Shown piece after piece: positions 40,730 through 54,063 of a DNA stretch of 64,000 nucleotides. The notes beneath the pieces are model-generated. The model saw only the letters and a program-made list of their open reading frames with translations. It made no database searches and was not told the origin of the DNA. The position numbers and the translations under genes were made by a program. Where the stretch lies: assembly GCA_050273025.1 (NCBI GenBank), contig CP158635.1, positions 20,336,001-20,400,000 on the forward strand, written 5' to 3'. The first letter of the stretch is position 1; the number at the start of each line of letters is the position of its first letter. The DNA comes from Cenococcum geophilum. Taxonomy: Eukaryota.

Positions 40730-41311
40730 AATGAGTTACCTAAGGGGGACCTAAGAAGAGCAGTTACCGAGCTATTTAGATCTATTTCCTTCTCTATTAA
40801 AAGAGAATCCATTTTTTTATTACTAAGTTCCTATAAACCTTATTTTATAAGTTTCTACTCCTTAGAACGAACCTTTTTATAAACCTTCTTAAGACAAAGT
40901 AGATAAGTAGACGCCGCGATTTAAGTATCTAAGGCCTTCTGTTCCGCATTATAAGAACGTTCTAACTTAGTAAGGGCTTAAGACAGCTTACTATCTAGCC
41001 GCGTAGTAGCAGATTAAATATAAAACCCTAAGACAAATTAATTAGGGAACTAGATAACTATTAAGAGTTATAGGTCGCGTATATTTAGTATTAGAGGTAG
41101 AGCAAACGTCGCAGGACAAATAAATATTTGCTTTAGTGCACTCTAAATAAGAGGATGGTTATCGTGAAGATAGACTTACTAACGTAATATAGACTAATCC
41201 CTCTTTTAAACAGCGAGAATACGGAGACGGTATAATCTTACTAAGAGATAATATTGCAGCCACAGTGCGAGCACGACGTTGGGCGTATAAAGAAGAAATT
41301 GCTTTAGGTAT
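40730..41311 (-). pseudogene. Antisense six-cysteine accessory ORF of Gypsy copy F (RIP-degraded, probable intron; 3' end approximate)
   Basis: De-RIP reading MPKAISS..RRARTVAAILSLGEIMPSPCSRCSKEGLVC..ASPSSRQPSSCSECTKANIRSSCDVRS. Three Cys codons are intact and three read TAT. Confidence 0.6.
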
Positions 41312-41419
41312 AATAAGCAAAGATATTAACTAAATTAATTAAACGGATATTACACCTCTAGTAAACAACTTGGAGATATTTTAAATCTTTAAGAACGAAG
41401 ATAAAAAGGAGGGAGATAG

Positions 41420-41844
41420 TGTTATAGACGCTTTAAGTATAATATTATAACTACTTAGAGAAGAGACGGAAAAAGCTAGTTAGTTAATTTAGGTACGGTC
41501 TAGGATAGAGCCGGTAGAACTATATAACGAGGAATAGTAGCCAAGGTTATATAATGTGCTATATATTAAACATAAGGAATAAGAGAAACTTATATACCTT
41601 ATATATAAGATATATATTATATATAAGAAAGATTTTATAGAAGTACAGTTGTATATTTAAGGACCCTTAGTCCCTACCTAGATAGTTCCTTCCTTATAGT
41701 AATTCTTAGAATATAATTAGAGTTAATCTGTTAGGTAACCACTCCACCAGTTATTATTACGTTGTTAACTTTTATACTTATATTTCCTATACACCTAGCC
41801 TAATAATAAGCCTACCGTAGTTCCTACTACAAGGTTCCATTATA
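41420..41844 (+). repeat. 3' LTR of copy F
   Basis: Follows the PPT AAAAGGAGGGAGATAG and is followed by the TAAGA TSD. Confidence 0.95.
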
Positions 41845-42161
41845 TAAGATTTACTATAAAGAGAGAACTATCTAAGTAGAGACTATAGTTCTTTAAATAT
41901 ATAACATACTCTTAAGAAATACCTTTATATAATATATGTGTTATATATATTATACGTAACGTATCTTATATATACTATATATAATATATATAATATTACC
42001 TAACTTTTATAACCTTGCTTACTACTTATTATATAATTTAACCAGTTTATTATAGTCTATATTATATTTTATAGCTTATCTAGTTTAGTAATAAGTATTT
42101 ATAATACTTCTAGTACTAGGTTTATAATACTGCCCCTCTTCTACCTCTATCCTTAGGGGTA

Positions 42162-43219
42162 TAGTAAAACCTCATTATACCGTTTAGCTCGGTAGTAGGG
42201 GGTTTAAACATTATGCTGTATAGAAGCGTTATATTGCGAGCTCACTTATTAATTGCTGTAAGGGGCTAAATCAACTCTTCTCTCTATTTATAACTACTTA
42301 AAGAAGCTTGTAATAGTTGTCTACCTTACCCACATAGCTTAACGGCCTTAAATTACTCTCTCTACCTTTATAAGAGCTGTAATTAGAGTCTTATTACTAT
42401 CCTCTTACTGCCCTTTATAGAGCTTAAGACGCTCTGGTGCATCTAAAGCCCTATTAAGCTTAATAACTTATAGCTTAACCTCCTTATCGCTTTCTCTATT
42501 ATCTAGCGCGTTATATAAAGCAATACTTAAGGCCTTAATTGCTTCCTATAATATAGAGGCCTTAGGCTCTATTAAAGCGTCCTCCTTATTTATATTAATG
42601 AAGTTACTAATAGAAATTAATTGCCTAATTTACCCTGCCTGGCTAAGCTACTATAAATATACCTCTAATTCGGCCTTAAGCTAAGGCTTACTGTACCCAC
42701 TTAGTATACCTTAGGGGCCCTTATAGGGTCTAAAGATTGTTAAATACGTAAAGCAATTTATTACGGTTTAAGGGCTAATTTTATGCTATGCTGTAATAGC
42801 CCACTAAACGGCCCTAAGTACGTTTATTGTCTTAAGGGGGTTCCTATCTTATTCCACCTAATCTACTATATAGGACAGCTAGTAGCGGCGGTAATAGGCT
42901 TTAAAGGTTTAAATTATACCCTAATCTAAAGGCTAATAGAGAGAAGTAACGTTTTTAGGCAGGAATTTAACCCTAGTATTAAGTAAGCTAGTGCGCTCTA
43001 ATATTATAACTATACCCCTAGTATGGCTAGGAGCGGAATTAATAAGTAAAAGGACCTTTTTGCCGCCTATTAAGCCGTTAAACTACTTAATATAATTAAG
43101 GAATATTAACGCCATTATCTAGGCCTTTTTATTAAACCCCTAGGCGAAGTTAAAGCCCCTAAGGTTACTGCACTGCGTACTAAAATATTAAGGATTCTTT
43201 ACTCTTTTAATAATCTATA
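42162..43219 (-). mobile_element. pogo/Tigger-like DNA transposon remnant (DDE_1 transposase C-terminal half plus one TIR)
   Basis: De-RIP KKVLLLIDSAPSH (~43025-43062) and [27 protein letters not shown] (~42885-42968). TA followed by (C)AGTAAAACCTC at the terminus. Confidence 0.82.
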
Positions 43220-46200
43220 TATTACGGAGTGAGTATAAGCGGCGATAATATATAGTAAGGTAGATATTATTAAGTTATATACAAAAACTGTATAAGAAGT
43301 CAAAACGTTATATAAGGAAAGAGGGTAGGAAACGGAAAGAAAGGGTATATATTATAGACTTAGTTGCTTAGTTAATACGTATACAGAGCAGAATAGAATT
43401 TAGGTGGTGGTTCTAGCAGAACTTAGCAGGATTTAGTAGAACTTAACAGAATATAGCAGAATACGGCAGATTGCCGTAGATTGCTATTAAATTGCTATCT
43501 TATAGTTAGTCTCTAGTTGCTAAGTTAGTAGGAATATATAGACGTATATAAGGTGTTACGGGGGTATCCTATAACAGTTACCCCCCCTTTAAAATTAAGC
43601 TTCTGCGAAGTAGGGCTATAATAGTTTTAAGTAGAGTTTATAAAAGTCTTCTATAGCTTATATAAGTCCTATAGAGTTAATAGGTTCCTATAAGGGCTTA
43701 ATAAAGCCTCTCTATTTTATAAGATATATATATTAGCGTTTCCGTTTATTATACTTAATATTATTAATTCTTTTAATAAAGTACTTGTTCTTACCATCTA
43801 CTTTAACTAATAGGGGAGGGTCTTATATCTATCTAAGTAGGGCGTTTAATATAGGGGTAGTAGGGTAAAGGACTAACGTATAAAATATAGGGTGGATTTT
43901 AACCGTATTAGGGAGCTTTAGTTAGTAGGCGTAGGAGAAGACAACCTTCTTAACCTTATAAGGGCCAGCGTTCTTCTAATTAAGCTTCTTAGCAGGTCGT
44001 TTTATATTTGGATTTCTTATATTTAGCTAGATAAAGTTACTAATTTAATAGACTAGTGCTAGGGTTTATTTCTTATTCACTGTGGCTTTATAAACAGATT
44101 AAGCCTATATTATTTTATTAGTAAGAAACTATTATAGTTCCTCTATCTTCTTTATAAATTTTTTGGCTTTTATAACTTATAAGGTATAATAAGTAGGGCA
44201 AGGAACATTACTAAAGGGTTTAAACCCTATTTGTAGATACTAGCCGTAGTTAGCCAGAACTAGGGAGATCTTTATAGTTTCTAAGACGGAATTATTTATG
44301 GTAAACTTAGTAAATATAAGCCAGTTAATCTAGTTATCTTATAAATACGACATATATATCTAAATATACTATTTTATTATAGTATTTACGCGTTCTATTT
44401 AACCGTCCGTTTCTAGGTAGTATACAGTAGATAATAGTGCCTTAATGTAAAGCCGGATAGTTAGTTCTTTCTAAAATATAGAGATAATCGTTTTAGGGAG
44501 TCCGTAGAGTTTCTATATATAGTCTAGAAACAGTTAGGCGATAGCAGGTATTAATATATTAGGGTAGGCGATTAAGTACCTTATCTTAAATAGTTGGTCT
44601 ATAACTACTATAATGTTTATACAGCCTTTACTTATAGGGAGGTTAATAATAAAGTTAATTAAAATATCCTTCTATTTTTGGTCTGGAATAGGTAGTGGCT
44701 TTAAAAGGCCGTTATATGTCTTATATAAAGCTTTAGCTTATTAGTAGATATAGTAGCTAGAGACGTACCTTCGTATTATATTATATATATTCGGCCAGTA
44801 ATACTCCCATTAAAGTAGCTCTAGGGTTTTTCCTTGGCCTAAATAGCTAGCTACTAGTAGATTATATACATATTTAAGGAGCTTAAGCTAAAGTTTATTA
44901 TAATTAGGGACAACTAGACGGTTCTAGTAATATAAGCGGTTTCCATAAGCTTTATATTTACTTAAAGAGATCTTCTTAAAGCGTTAACGCCATTATAGAT
45001 TAGCTTAAGCGTCTCTTAGATAAACCCATTATTTAGGTATTTATTAATTATAATCTATTTAATTAATTAATTAGTTATTTTAAGGACGTATACCATAAGG
45101 TCTTTAATAGGAAAGTTAAATAGTTTAGGATAAAGTAGGGTCTAGTTTTAGTAAGAGCGCGCTTTTTTTAGTGCTAGTACATCTTATAAGCATTAGGTTA
45201 GAGTATTAGGCTTTTAACCTTAAACGCTTAGGCGGTATATAATTAAGAATTAAAAATAGAATAGATATTCTAACTAGCGGGCCTAATAATAACTTAGCTA
45301 TTTCGTAGTTATAAAGTACTATAGATTCTTATAGTCGTTAAGGACCTTAATTAGAAATCTAGCGCCTTTTAGTTTAGGTTACTATTATTTAAAACATCTA
45401 ATAATAGCTAGTAACTCCTTATTATAGATCTTATAATTATATTTAGCTAGGCTTAGTTATTTTAAGTAGTATACTATAGGGTATAATACTCTATCTTTAT
45501 TATATTAGGACAAAATACCTCTAGTAATATAGTTAGATAAGTTAGCTTCTATAATACTTATTTAGTTTAGGTTAAAGTATTAAAGCATAGGCGCGGTAGT
45601 AAATATAACCTTTAGATAAGTAAAGGCCTTCTTATATTCCTTATTAAAGATGGAGGCTTTATCCTTTTAGGTTAAAGCTATAAGGGGTAAAACTAGGATA
45701 AAGAAGTTGTTAATAAACCGTTAGTAAAAATTGGCAAACCCTATAAAGGCTCTTATATCCTTAACGTTCTTAAGTTCTTACCAGTTTACAATCGCTTTAA
45801 CTTTCTTTAGGTCTATTTCTATACCATTTATAGAAATAAAAAGTCTAAGGTATAGAACTTCTGTCTTATAAAAAATATATATATCTATATCTAATTATAA
45901 ACTAGCTCTGTATAGTGCTTATAAAATAAGATTAACGTATTTTTAGTATTTGGTTAGGTTATTACTATATATTAGGATATTATTAATATAAGTAGTATAG
46001 AAAATATCCAGACAGGGATATAAGATATTATTTACGTAATATTAAAATAAGCTTAAAGTATTTATAAGGCTAAAGGGTATTACTAAGTACTTAAATAATC
46101 TATATTGGGTACGAAATGTAGTAAGCTATTTATCTCCTTTTGTAATATAGAGGCGGTTAAATATAGAGATAATATTAAGCTTTATATAGAAGTAAGCCTT

Positions 46201-46269
46201 ACTTAGTTAGTTTAGCGTCTTTTATATTAGCGGGATTGGATATTAGTTCTTAATAGTAACGGTATTAAG
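43220..46269 (-). mobile_element. Ty3/Gypsy copy G (family 3): RT-RH-IN-chromodomain and 3' LTR (43220-43576), truncated within RT
   Basis: LDIFCTAYIDDILIYS remnant (~45960-46012), YHPETDG (~44400-44425), PPT AAAGGGGGGG adjacent to TGTTATAGG at the LTR start. Confidence 0.88.
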
Positions 46270-47720
46270 TGTTAGGTAAAACCTAAGTAAATAGTTATAT
46301 AGCTATAAGGTATAGGCGACCCTAGGGCAACCTAGGAGTGACTTACCCGTAAGGCACGTGCGCTGCACATGCCTAGGGAAAACCCTTCCTACCTCGCATA
46401 TAGACTCCTCCTTTTTCCCTTAAGGATTCGTCTCTGTCTATATAATATACCCTATTATTCTATTATTAGACTCCTTATCTACATCTTTACCTTATATTTA
46501 AATCCTTACCAATCCCCTTAGGAGGATAGCTGGTTTAATTTTTCTATAATACCTCTAAAAAGAAAACTGACGCCTATACCTAATAGTAATACGCTAGTAA
46601 TACAACTGTAGAACGCCTTAGGATCTAGTGTAGACAAAACCACTAGAAGTATACTAGTAGCATTTAAGCTACCTTTTAAACCTTAAAACGATTAAATATC
46701 TATAAACGCTAGAGACTAGTTTAATCTATATATCTAGGCTTAATAGGAGCTTAGTAAGGTTACTAGCGTTTTACCTAATACTGCTAATATAAAGGAGCTA
46801 GATAAGCTAGCTAAGAAAATAGCCAACTTATAGAGCATTATTGATTTAATAAAGCCCTCCCATCGCCTCTTTAGTAAAAAGTATAAATTACGTAGTAAAC
46901 GTATACGCCAAATAAATCTTAACGCCCTAATTAAGAAGTTACTACCTAATATTAGCGGTACTACTTAACAGCATTTTGGCCGGTAGATTACCACAGTTAA
47001 GAACTAATTCGAGGTTAATAACGCTAACTATAACTATAAGCGACGTACGCGCTAGGCCATTAAAGGTCTTATTAAAAAAAAGACAATTGCCTAACTAGTT
47101 TATTGCCAGTTAGGTACTAAAGATAAGGGCCCTTTACTATAGGATAAGTTTAAGACTATAGTCTAAGACTAAATTAGGAACCCTATAGTAAGACGCTTTA
47201 ATAACGCTATAATATACTATACGGCTGTTATAAAGGAGAATTAGAGGTTTAATGTCTTCCTAGCCCGTATACGTAGCTTAGAGGACCTCTTCTTATATAC
47301 CCCTTTTGTTAATCCTAAATAATAGGTAGACTTTTAGTTCTTATGTCTCCCAGCCTACCTATAAGCAGAGCTCTTCTGATAGAACTTTACCTAACGGGTA
47401 AGAACCGCTAAGGACCTTTTTAATAAAATCCGCTATATAGAGCAATTGCTTAATACTATAAAGCTCGCGGAAGATCGCGTAAGTAGTAGCGGTAAATTAT
47501 TGTGTATAAAGCGCGGTTGCAGCATAGGCTTTATAGAGTTAGGGTTAGGGAATAGAACCTAAAAAGGGTAATGCTTTAAGTAAACTTTTAGGGAGATTAC
47601 CTAAAAGCTAGACGGCTTAGGGGACCCCCTAAACGCTAGGGCTACATACGCGAGTTAAAGGACCGCAGGCGGCTACCGTAAGGAACACTAGAAGTAGGTC
47701 CAAGTTGGGCCTCCTTAATC
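46270..47720 (+). mobile_element. LTR (about 46270-46496) plus gag-like remnant of a further retrotransposon (copy H), truncated
   Basis: TGTTAGG start interrupts the RT of copy G. A TATA-like motif and pyrimidine tract are followed by a RIP-degraded ORF beginning MPPKRK-like near 46548. Right boundary approximate. Confidence 0.6.
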
Positions 47721-48292
47721 TTACTAGGTTATTAATCGTCCCAGCTCGGGTCACATCAACTGATAGCTTGCTATCGAAGCAACCAGCGTGTGGCCCGGAA
47801 GGAAAACCGAAATTATTGATTGAGTGTATTTGGAGTGGTCTCAACCCCTGGCGAGCTGAGCGACAGGAGACTAGTTCATTCTTATGCCCATCAGAGCTGC
47901 ATTGCCCAATTCTGTAAAATAGTGGAAATTGCTCTCGCACTAGATGGGGCAACAAACCCTGTTGCGAAGCCTCGTATGAAGGACAGCGACGAAGGTCTTG
48001 CAGAACAAATTATGTACTACTACATTACGAAACAGTAGGCCTTTGAGTCAATCATACCATACACCGGCACCATGCTTGCACTTACATACACTTGTACATG
48101 TAGAACCATACTGGATACAAAATTCAAGCTGTGAGTTCATATATAAAGGCTACAACAAGTATATCGGCCTTCAAGAAAACAGAAAATCCTAAAACAGCTA
48201 AGTAATATACATATCATTACGTGTAACCTAGGCCGAAAAATGGGGTGCATATAGGTGGCTCTTTCATCCACTCCGGTCCGAACCCCTGCCCC

Positions 48293-51200
48293 TCACCCCC
48301 TCACACTACTCCCACATGCTCCGCCACCAAGCTGACTACTCATCAAGCTGGCTCCAAGATTCGGCGCCGGGCTAGCCTCACGCACCGTGATACTCGGCGG
48401 TAGTCCAATTATAGGAATGCTGCTGTCTAGCATCGGCGTCGCGTGAGGGCTGGGACTAGCGCGTTGCAAAAACGCCTCTTCGTAGAATATTTTCAGGGCC
48501 GTGGCGTCGGAGCAGAAGGCTTCGATTTCGTCTTTGATCTGTTCGGGCATCTGTAACTGCACTTGCGCCGCTTTCTCCGCTGATACATGTAATATCGAGG
48601 CGTCTGGAACGGGGTGGGAGAGCGGTGATGAGAAGGGAGAACGGTGAGAGGGCGTGTGGCGCTCTGTGGGGCCAGGGGTGGGTGTCGTGCCTGTCCCTCC
48701 TCTCCGCTCGTAGGAGTCCGCGGGCTTGTATTTTAGTGCGTCGCGGGATGCGGCAGCGCGGTTGTTACAGAGACGATTGGCGAGGAGGAGGAATGCGCCT
48801 TCGTCTGTGATTTGTGCAAGGAGCACGCCCGATTTGTGGATGTATTGCGTGTACTGGTAGTCCGGTCTGCCCCAAGAATACGTGACGTCTGCATCAGACG
48901 GGAAAGATGAGGCGGCTTCCATATCGAGTACGAAATTGAGCTTGCGGAGCAGCGCCTTGTGGTAGACGAATTTGTCGGACTTGATTTGTGGTGCGAAATG
49001 TGCCGAGTCGAAGTACTGCTCCGGTTGGGTTTTTGGTGGTGGTACAGCGAGGCGAATAATATAGGGCGAGCGGAAAGGATGCGCGTTGCTGATATTCGAC
49101 GCTTCTGCAATAGGCACTTCCACGAGTTTGAGTCCATATTTTTCAACCGAGGTCGCCCAGGTGACGATGGCGTCTTCTATGAGTTTAGCTGTAACATTCA
49201 TCCAATCAATACGAATATGGTAGCAGTTATCTGGGTTATGAAGGCGGTCATAGTGCAAATTAATAATCTCAGGTCGGTAAGATCGTTTTCGAGAATCAAC
49301 ATCGTAGCGCATGACTCGACTAAGAGTGACTGTACGTTTTGGGCTCCCAGCTCGAGTGGGCGTCTTCTCCCCTTCGCCGGACGCGTTAGAAGAGGTGCTA
49401 GTGTTCGGACGAGATCGAGAACTTCGTGTCGTAAGAGGTGAGGTTCTTGGCGCATCGGACATTGGGGTTGACGGTACTGATTTGTCTAATCGACGAGTTC
49501 CGAACCAACTGGTTCTTGAGTCTGGACGCGGAGCACGATATTCAGTAGCAATCTGGTAAAAGAAATTGCCATCTCGAAATTGGTGCTTCCTCTGCACGTG
49601 CTGGAAAAGACCTTTTTTCATAAGCTGATTTCCAAGGTCTACTGCTTCGTCTCTGGTCTCAATATTCTTAAAATTCTGAAGCAACCAACTGGTCAAATCA
49701 AATCCAAGGAAACAGTTGTAATGCAATCTCCAATGCCATCTTCGATCCAACATTTGTATGCCTTTCTCTCCTTGGAGATCCTCAGCGAGCTTCTTCATGT
49801 CGATGCTGGAGGTGTGATACTGTTCTGTTTCGGCGAAAAGCTGAGAAGAAAAATTGTTAGGATCTCCATCCGCGAGTAGTGCGCTGTCAGGGCCTGCTGC
49901 AACAATTGCAGAGGGATCCCTTGTTTGGTACTCGATTGCTAAGGGGTTTGGGTCTTTTCGCTTCCGAGCAGATTCTTGAAAATGACGTTCTTCCGGAGGA
50001 ATATAGCGATACCGCTGCCATATCTGGGTCAATTTTCGGATACCCTCCAGTCGAATTTCTTCTTCAGAATCTTCAGTGAGAAGAGGAAGTGGACGGCGAG
50101 TAACGCTTGGTAATTCGACTGGAATTAGCACAAAACGAGCGCGCCAAAAACGGAGGATATCCGAGAATTCATCGTCGTACCCAGCCAGAAATGAGTCGAT
50201 GAAATTCCAATTGTACTCTTTCCTTGGTGGCTTCAGAACGATATCGCGAGGATGATATTCATGCTCAAGGGCTGTACGAATGAGGGGTTTGTAAAACAAA
50301 GGCGAGTCTACGCCCGCGGAAGTTTCTAAAGCTGTAGTGGGCTTCCGATTGTATCGTTTTACTTCAACTTCGCCTCCAGCTACGCAAACGAGTTGATGTA
50401 TGGTGTTTCCGACCGACATAAAAACCATGTCGCCGTCGTTCGACATATAGTTCAAGTCAAAGATACTCTCAATATCGCGTTCCCTACTTCCCGTAAATTC
50501 CGCCACTGCAGTCCCGACAACAATCTGGAAGCCATGGGACAACCGGAATGCAATGAGTTCTCTAATCAAGGACTCACGAGATTTGGGAACATCAGTAGTG
50601 TCATCGTCCTCGTTCTGAGTAATCTTGTATGGGCTCTCGTGGTATTCAGTAACAAGTTGCTCTGCTGTTGGGAAATACTCATTTGTCAAGGGTACCGCAG
50701 CCGGTGAACATAGTGACTTCCACTTTATAGCTGACGCACGAAGGGGCTTTGGGAAAACATGCTGCCACCTGCGAAATTGGTTTGCAATACTCATGTTGTT
50801 CTTTTTGGGGTTGCATGGATTGACTAGTACTAGCCAAGGGGAGAGTGCACTAGTCGGTGACAACGTTCGTGGAATCTCCTGGGCGCCGCCACTGGATGAT
50901 AGATCTGGCTTTCGTCCAACTTGCTCTAGAAGCTCCCGGGAGCCTGCGAGAAGAAATAGTGAGCCAGGATCCTTGGATTCTAAACTTGGCTGGATTGTTT
51001 CCGATTTTCTTGGGCCAGGGACGTTTTTCATGGTGATCACAGATTTAGGAACGTTTTCGGGGACTGGAGAATGTGCGGAAGCTACACTAACACGCGATGC
51101 AGCCCTTATGGCAATAGGTTGTGAGGGCTTCTCAGTGTCGTGACTCCTGGTGCTCGCTAATTTTGCTGCAATAACACCTTTCTGGTTATTTTCAACTGTC

Positions 51201-54063
51201 AATCTGGCGGGCTCCACACTGCCGGAAGACACTGTAGCACTAGCAGTTGACTTAGAAGCTCCAAAGCCTAAGCCGCCGAAGCTAATTTGCCTTGATAGCC
51301 ACCTGGAAGGTCTCAAAGGAGGGTTGGTGTCGGAGACCGCACTACTAGTGCTGTGTGTCTCGGGAAGTGTGTCTTGAAAACGAGGTGACGTCGGGTGTTT
51401 TGTTATCACCTTCAATGAGGCAGAGTCTCCACGTGTGCCGTGTACGTCTTCTTTGAACGAAGTTGTGGTTACGCCTACTATACCCCGCTGATCTCCTAGG
51501 CTAGCTCGTGGATGAAAGACTGGTCGTCCCGGGGGATCTACTACTCTAACCGAAGAGGTCAGCCTGCGCTGTGGTGCCTCTGATAATCTGAAGCTTGAAT
51601 CACGAGACAAACTCTCGTGTGTTGTGTCAGCCTCGACTTCATTCGAGCGCTCTCTCATAAGTTGGTGAAAATTTGTATTAGGCGGAGGTCGAGCAGAATT
51701 GCCCAGAGAATGTGTGGGACTGCTGAAAGAAGCAGACAACAGTGAGCCTTGTGGCACTTGATGATAATTGGGAGCATCCTGGGCCAGCTCCCTTTTCTGC
51801 GATGCCTTACGATGCCTTTCTTCTACAGCTTTTTTATCAGCTAAAGGCCGGAATATGTGATCATCATAAGTTTTCATCCATGTGGATTGGAGGAAGCGAC
51901 CATGTCTGATATTATCTTCAGGTCGGGTTCGATCAGATGTAGTGATTTTCGTGGGAGATTTTGGGGCAGGAAACAACACTGGACGAACCATTAAACCCTG
52001 AGCAGTTTCGATTAAATCCTCATAATATCCTCGTAAGCCGTGGGGATACAAAGGGTTTTCTTGCATGTAGGGAATCGATATGTTGCTCAGCTCGTTTTCC
52101 ATAACGCCCATCATCTGAAGTTCGTACATTCTACACCTTAAAGCAAATCGTCTGTCTTTTTCATGTGGCTTTAAAAGCGATTTCCTGGTGCTACGGTGTC
52201 GAGACAGTTCTATTGTCTCACCCGATGGTCCAGACCAGAATGAAATGTCAAGCCAATGAGGCATTGCATAGCTCCATTCACCAGGGACCATATTGTCTAA
52301 GTTACCCATCAACGGACTTGGCGTACGTATTGCACTCCGTTTCGCAGGTGAGTACCCTATTAGTAGGCTAAAGTTTGGCTGGCTTTGCCTCGGCGTTTTT
52401 TCATCATGCTCGTCATATGAGCGTCCGTTTAGAGGACTCGTTGTTTCGATCCGACCAATAGCTTTTGCTACTGTGCTAGAATATAGGCGAGGATTCCGGT
52501 ACTTGAAAAGTGGTACAGAATGCAGCGGCATAGGTGATAAGCATACAAGATCGATACCGATACCAGTGCCGATGAGAGTGTCTGTGGTCAGCTTGAGCAT
52601 GTTATAGTCGACCTCATAGACACCAGTTCCTGCTGTTATAACAATAACAGATATGCCTGTGCGAACCAGGTCCCTATCGATATAATCCTTAGCAAACTGG
52701 GCGGACGCAAGGTTAATAGCCTCCAATACGTTTCCATTAGCTGCCATTGATGGCGTCCCAGCAATGATGAACTTTGATTGGGGGTCTTCGTTGGCATTTA
52801 TTTGACCGTTAGCTCCTTCATTCGCGTTCGTTTGTTGTGGTGTGAGTGAAACATCCCGAAGAAACGCACGAAATTCCTTCTTGAGTTGATAGAGGATATT
52901 GATCCAATCTCCGCTTGCCATTTCGCTTACTACTACGCGATAGAAGTCTCTAAACGGTCGGCCCTGGTTGCCCTTCTCATTGAAATGCGGGTGTTCGTCC
53001 GCAAGATTTTTCGTGGGTAAGGGATTTCCCACATATTCGAGCCTTGTGAAAAGGATTATGGTGACAAGATGCCGCGCATTGATCCTCATCCAGCGTTTGA
53101 ATAGTTCGGGAAGGAATCCATTTACGACCTTGTTAAACATGATCTCTCCAGCACCCTCCGTATCAAAGTCCCACATCTCCTTAGACATTTGGATAAACAA
53201 AATGTACCGTGCCGATTCGCTGCGAAATATAGGTTTTGTCATAGATGAGAAATAGCCTGAATGCATCGTCTGCCCATTGATGTATACATTTTTAACTGTT
53301 GCTTTGATCGTGCCCATGAAAAGCAATTTTTGGCCTTTGTAAACAGTTTTGTGACTTAGTTCAGAGACTGCCATTCGCCACATATCTGCTCTTGCGAGGT
53401 ATTCGTCTCGAAATGCTAGCTCAACATGGGATGCTGAATGAGTTTCTTCATCAGCCTGTGCGGGGAGATGTTAGCAGAACACAGGCAGCATAAAAAAAAG
53501 ATAGACAAATTAACATACTGTTGTTACTATTATCTGCATTCTATTACGGAATCCAAACACTTTTGCAATTGTTTCGGAAATGGAGACCTACGGCTATTAG
53601 TGAATACTAGGTGGTAGTAGAATAACGTGTGACGTACTTGTAAGTTAGGATGCTTAGCTTTCTGTTCTGGACTCATCGGCTTGGTGACAAACACATAAGA
53701 CTTCTGTGGGTCCACATCACGGCTGCCTTGTATAGCTACTCCATTCTCATCTAGGGTGATTGTAACTGAGCGTCTGCGAGCTTTCTTCGGTTGCGTTTCC
53801 GGGACAGGGTCTCTCTGTACCTCATCAACTTTTGATTGCCTTGGATCTACCGGGGAGGTCTTTAGAGCTGTCTGAAAGTCCCGGACTGCCGTTGTTTGCT
53901 TGAGCGCAAGGATCCGCGCTAAGGATCCAGAAGCAATGGGAAGCTCAACAAACTTATCAATATTGAAGACGACCTCGTCCCTCGAAAAGTTTTCGTCATG
54001 AGTCCAAAGAGCGCAGATTTTTTGCACCCTTGTGGGTCTGATATTGGCGGCGGATTTCGACAT
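48293..54063 (-). CDS. IML1: Vacuolar membrane-associated protein Iml1 (SEACIT/GATOR1 subunit, DEPDC5 orthologue), about 1885 aa; exons 54063-53638, 53587-53519, 53455-48293
   Basis: Motifs FRSESARYILFIQMSKEMWDFD, GIDLVCLSPMPLHSVPLFKY, WKSLCSPAAVPLT, DEP domain DRRWHWRLHYNCFLG, C-terminal YDRLHNPDNCYH. Introns of 50 and 63 nt have GT..CTAAY..AG and keep phase 0. Confidence 0.95.

Larger units (their letters stand above)
33891..41844 (+). mobile_element. Structurally complete Ty3/Gypsy chromovirus copy F (7954 bp), RIP-inactivated
   Basis: Two 425-bp LTRs; TSD TAAGA (33886-33890 and 41845-41849). gag ATG 34360, CCHC knuckle ~35365-35406, protease DSG ~37437, RT YLDD remnant 38394-38405, RNase H, integrase, chromodomain ~40545-40690, PPT before 41420. 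Confidence 0.96.
33761..42155 (-). mobile_element. Reverse-oriented 3' LTR (33761-33890 plus 41850-42129) and PPT (42130-42155) of a family-1-related Gypsy, split by the complete copy F
   Basis: The joined halves align with the reverse complement of the D/E LTRs. A purine tract AAGGATAGAGGTAGAAGAGGGGCAG lies on the minus strand next to the LTR. Confidence 0.75.

Noticed and set aside
47539..47550. (TTAGGG)2 telomere-like repeat; similar words at 60839-60856
   Set aside because: Only two units inside RIP-degraded TE coding DNA; easily produced by C>T changes.
47705..48192. 60-110 aa ORFs in GC-balanced DNA downstream of IML1
   Set aside because: No recognisable motif; could be a truncated gene remnant or UTR, but cannot be supported without a homology search.
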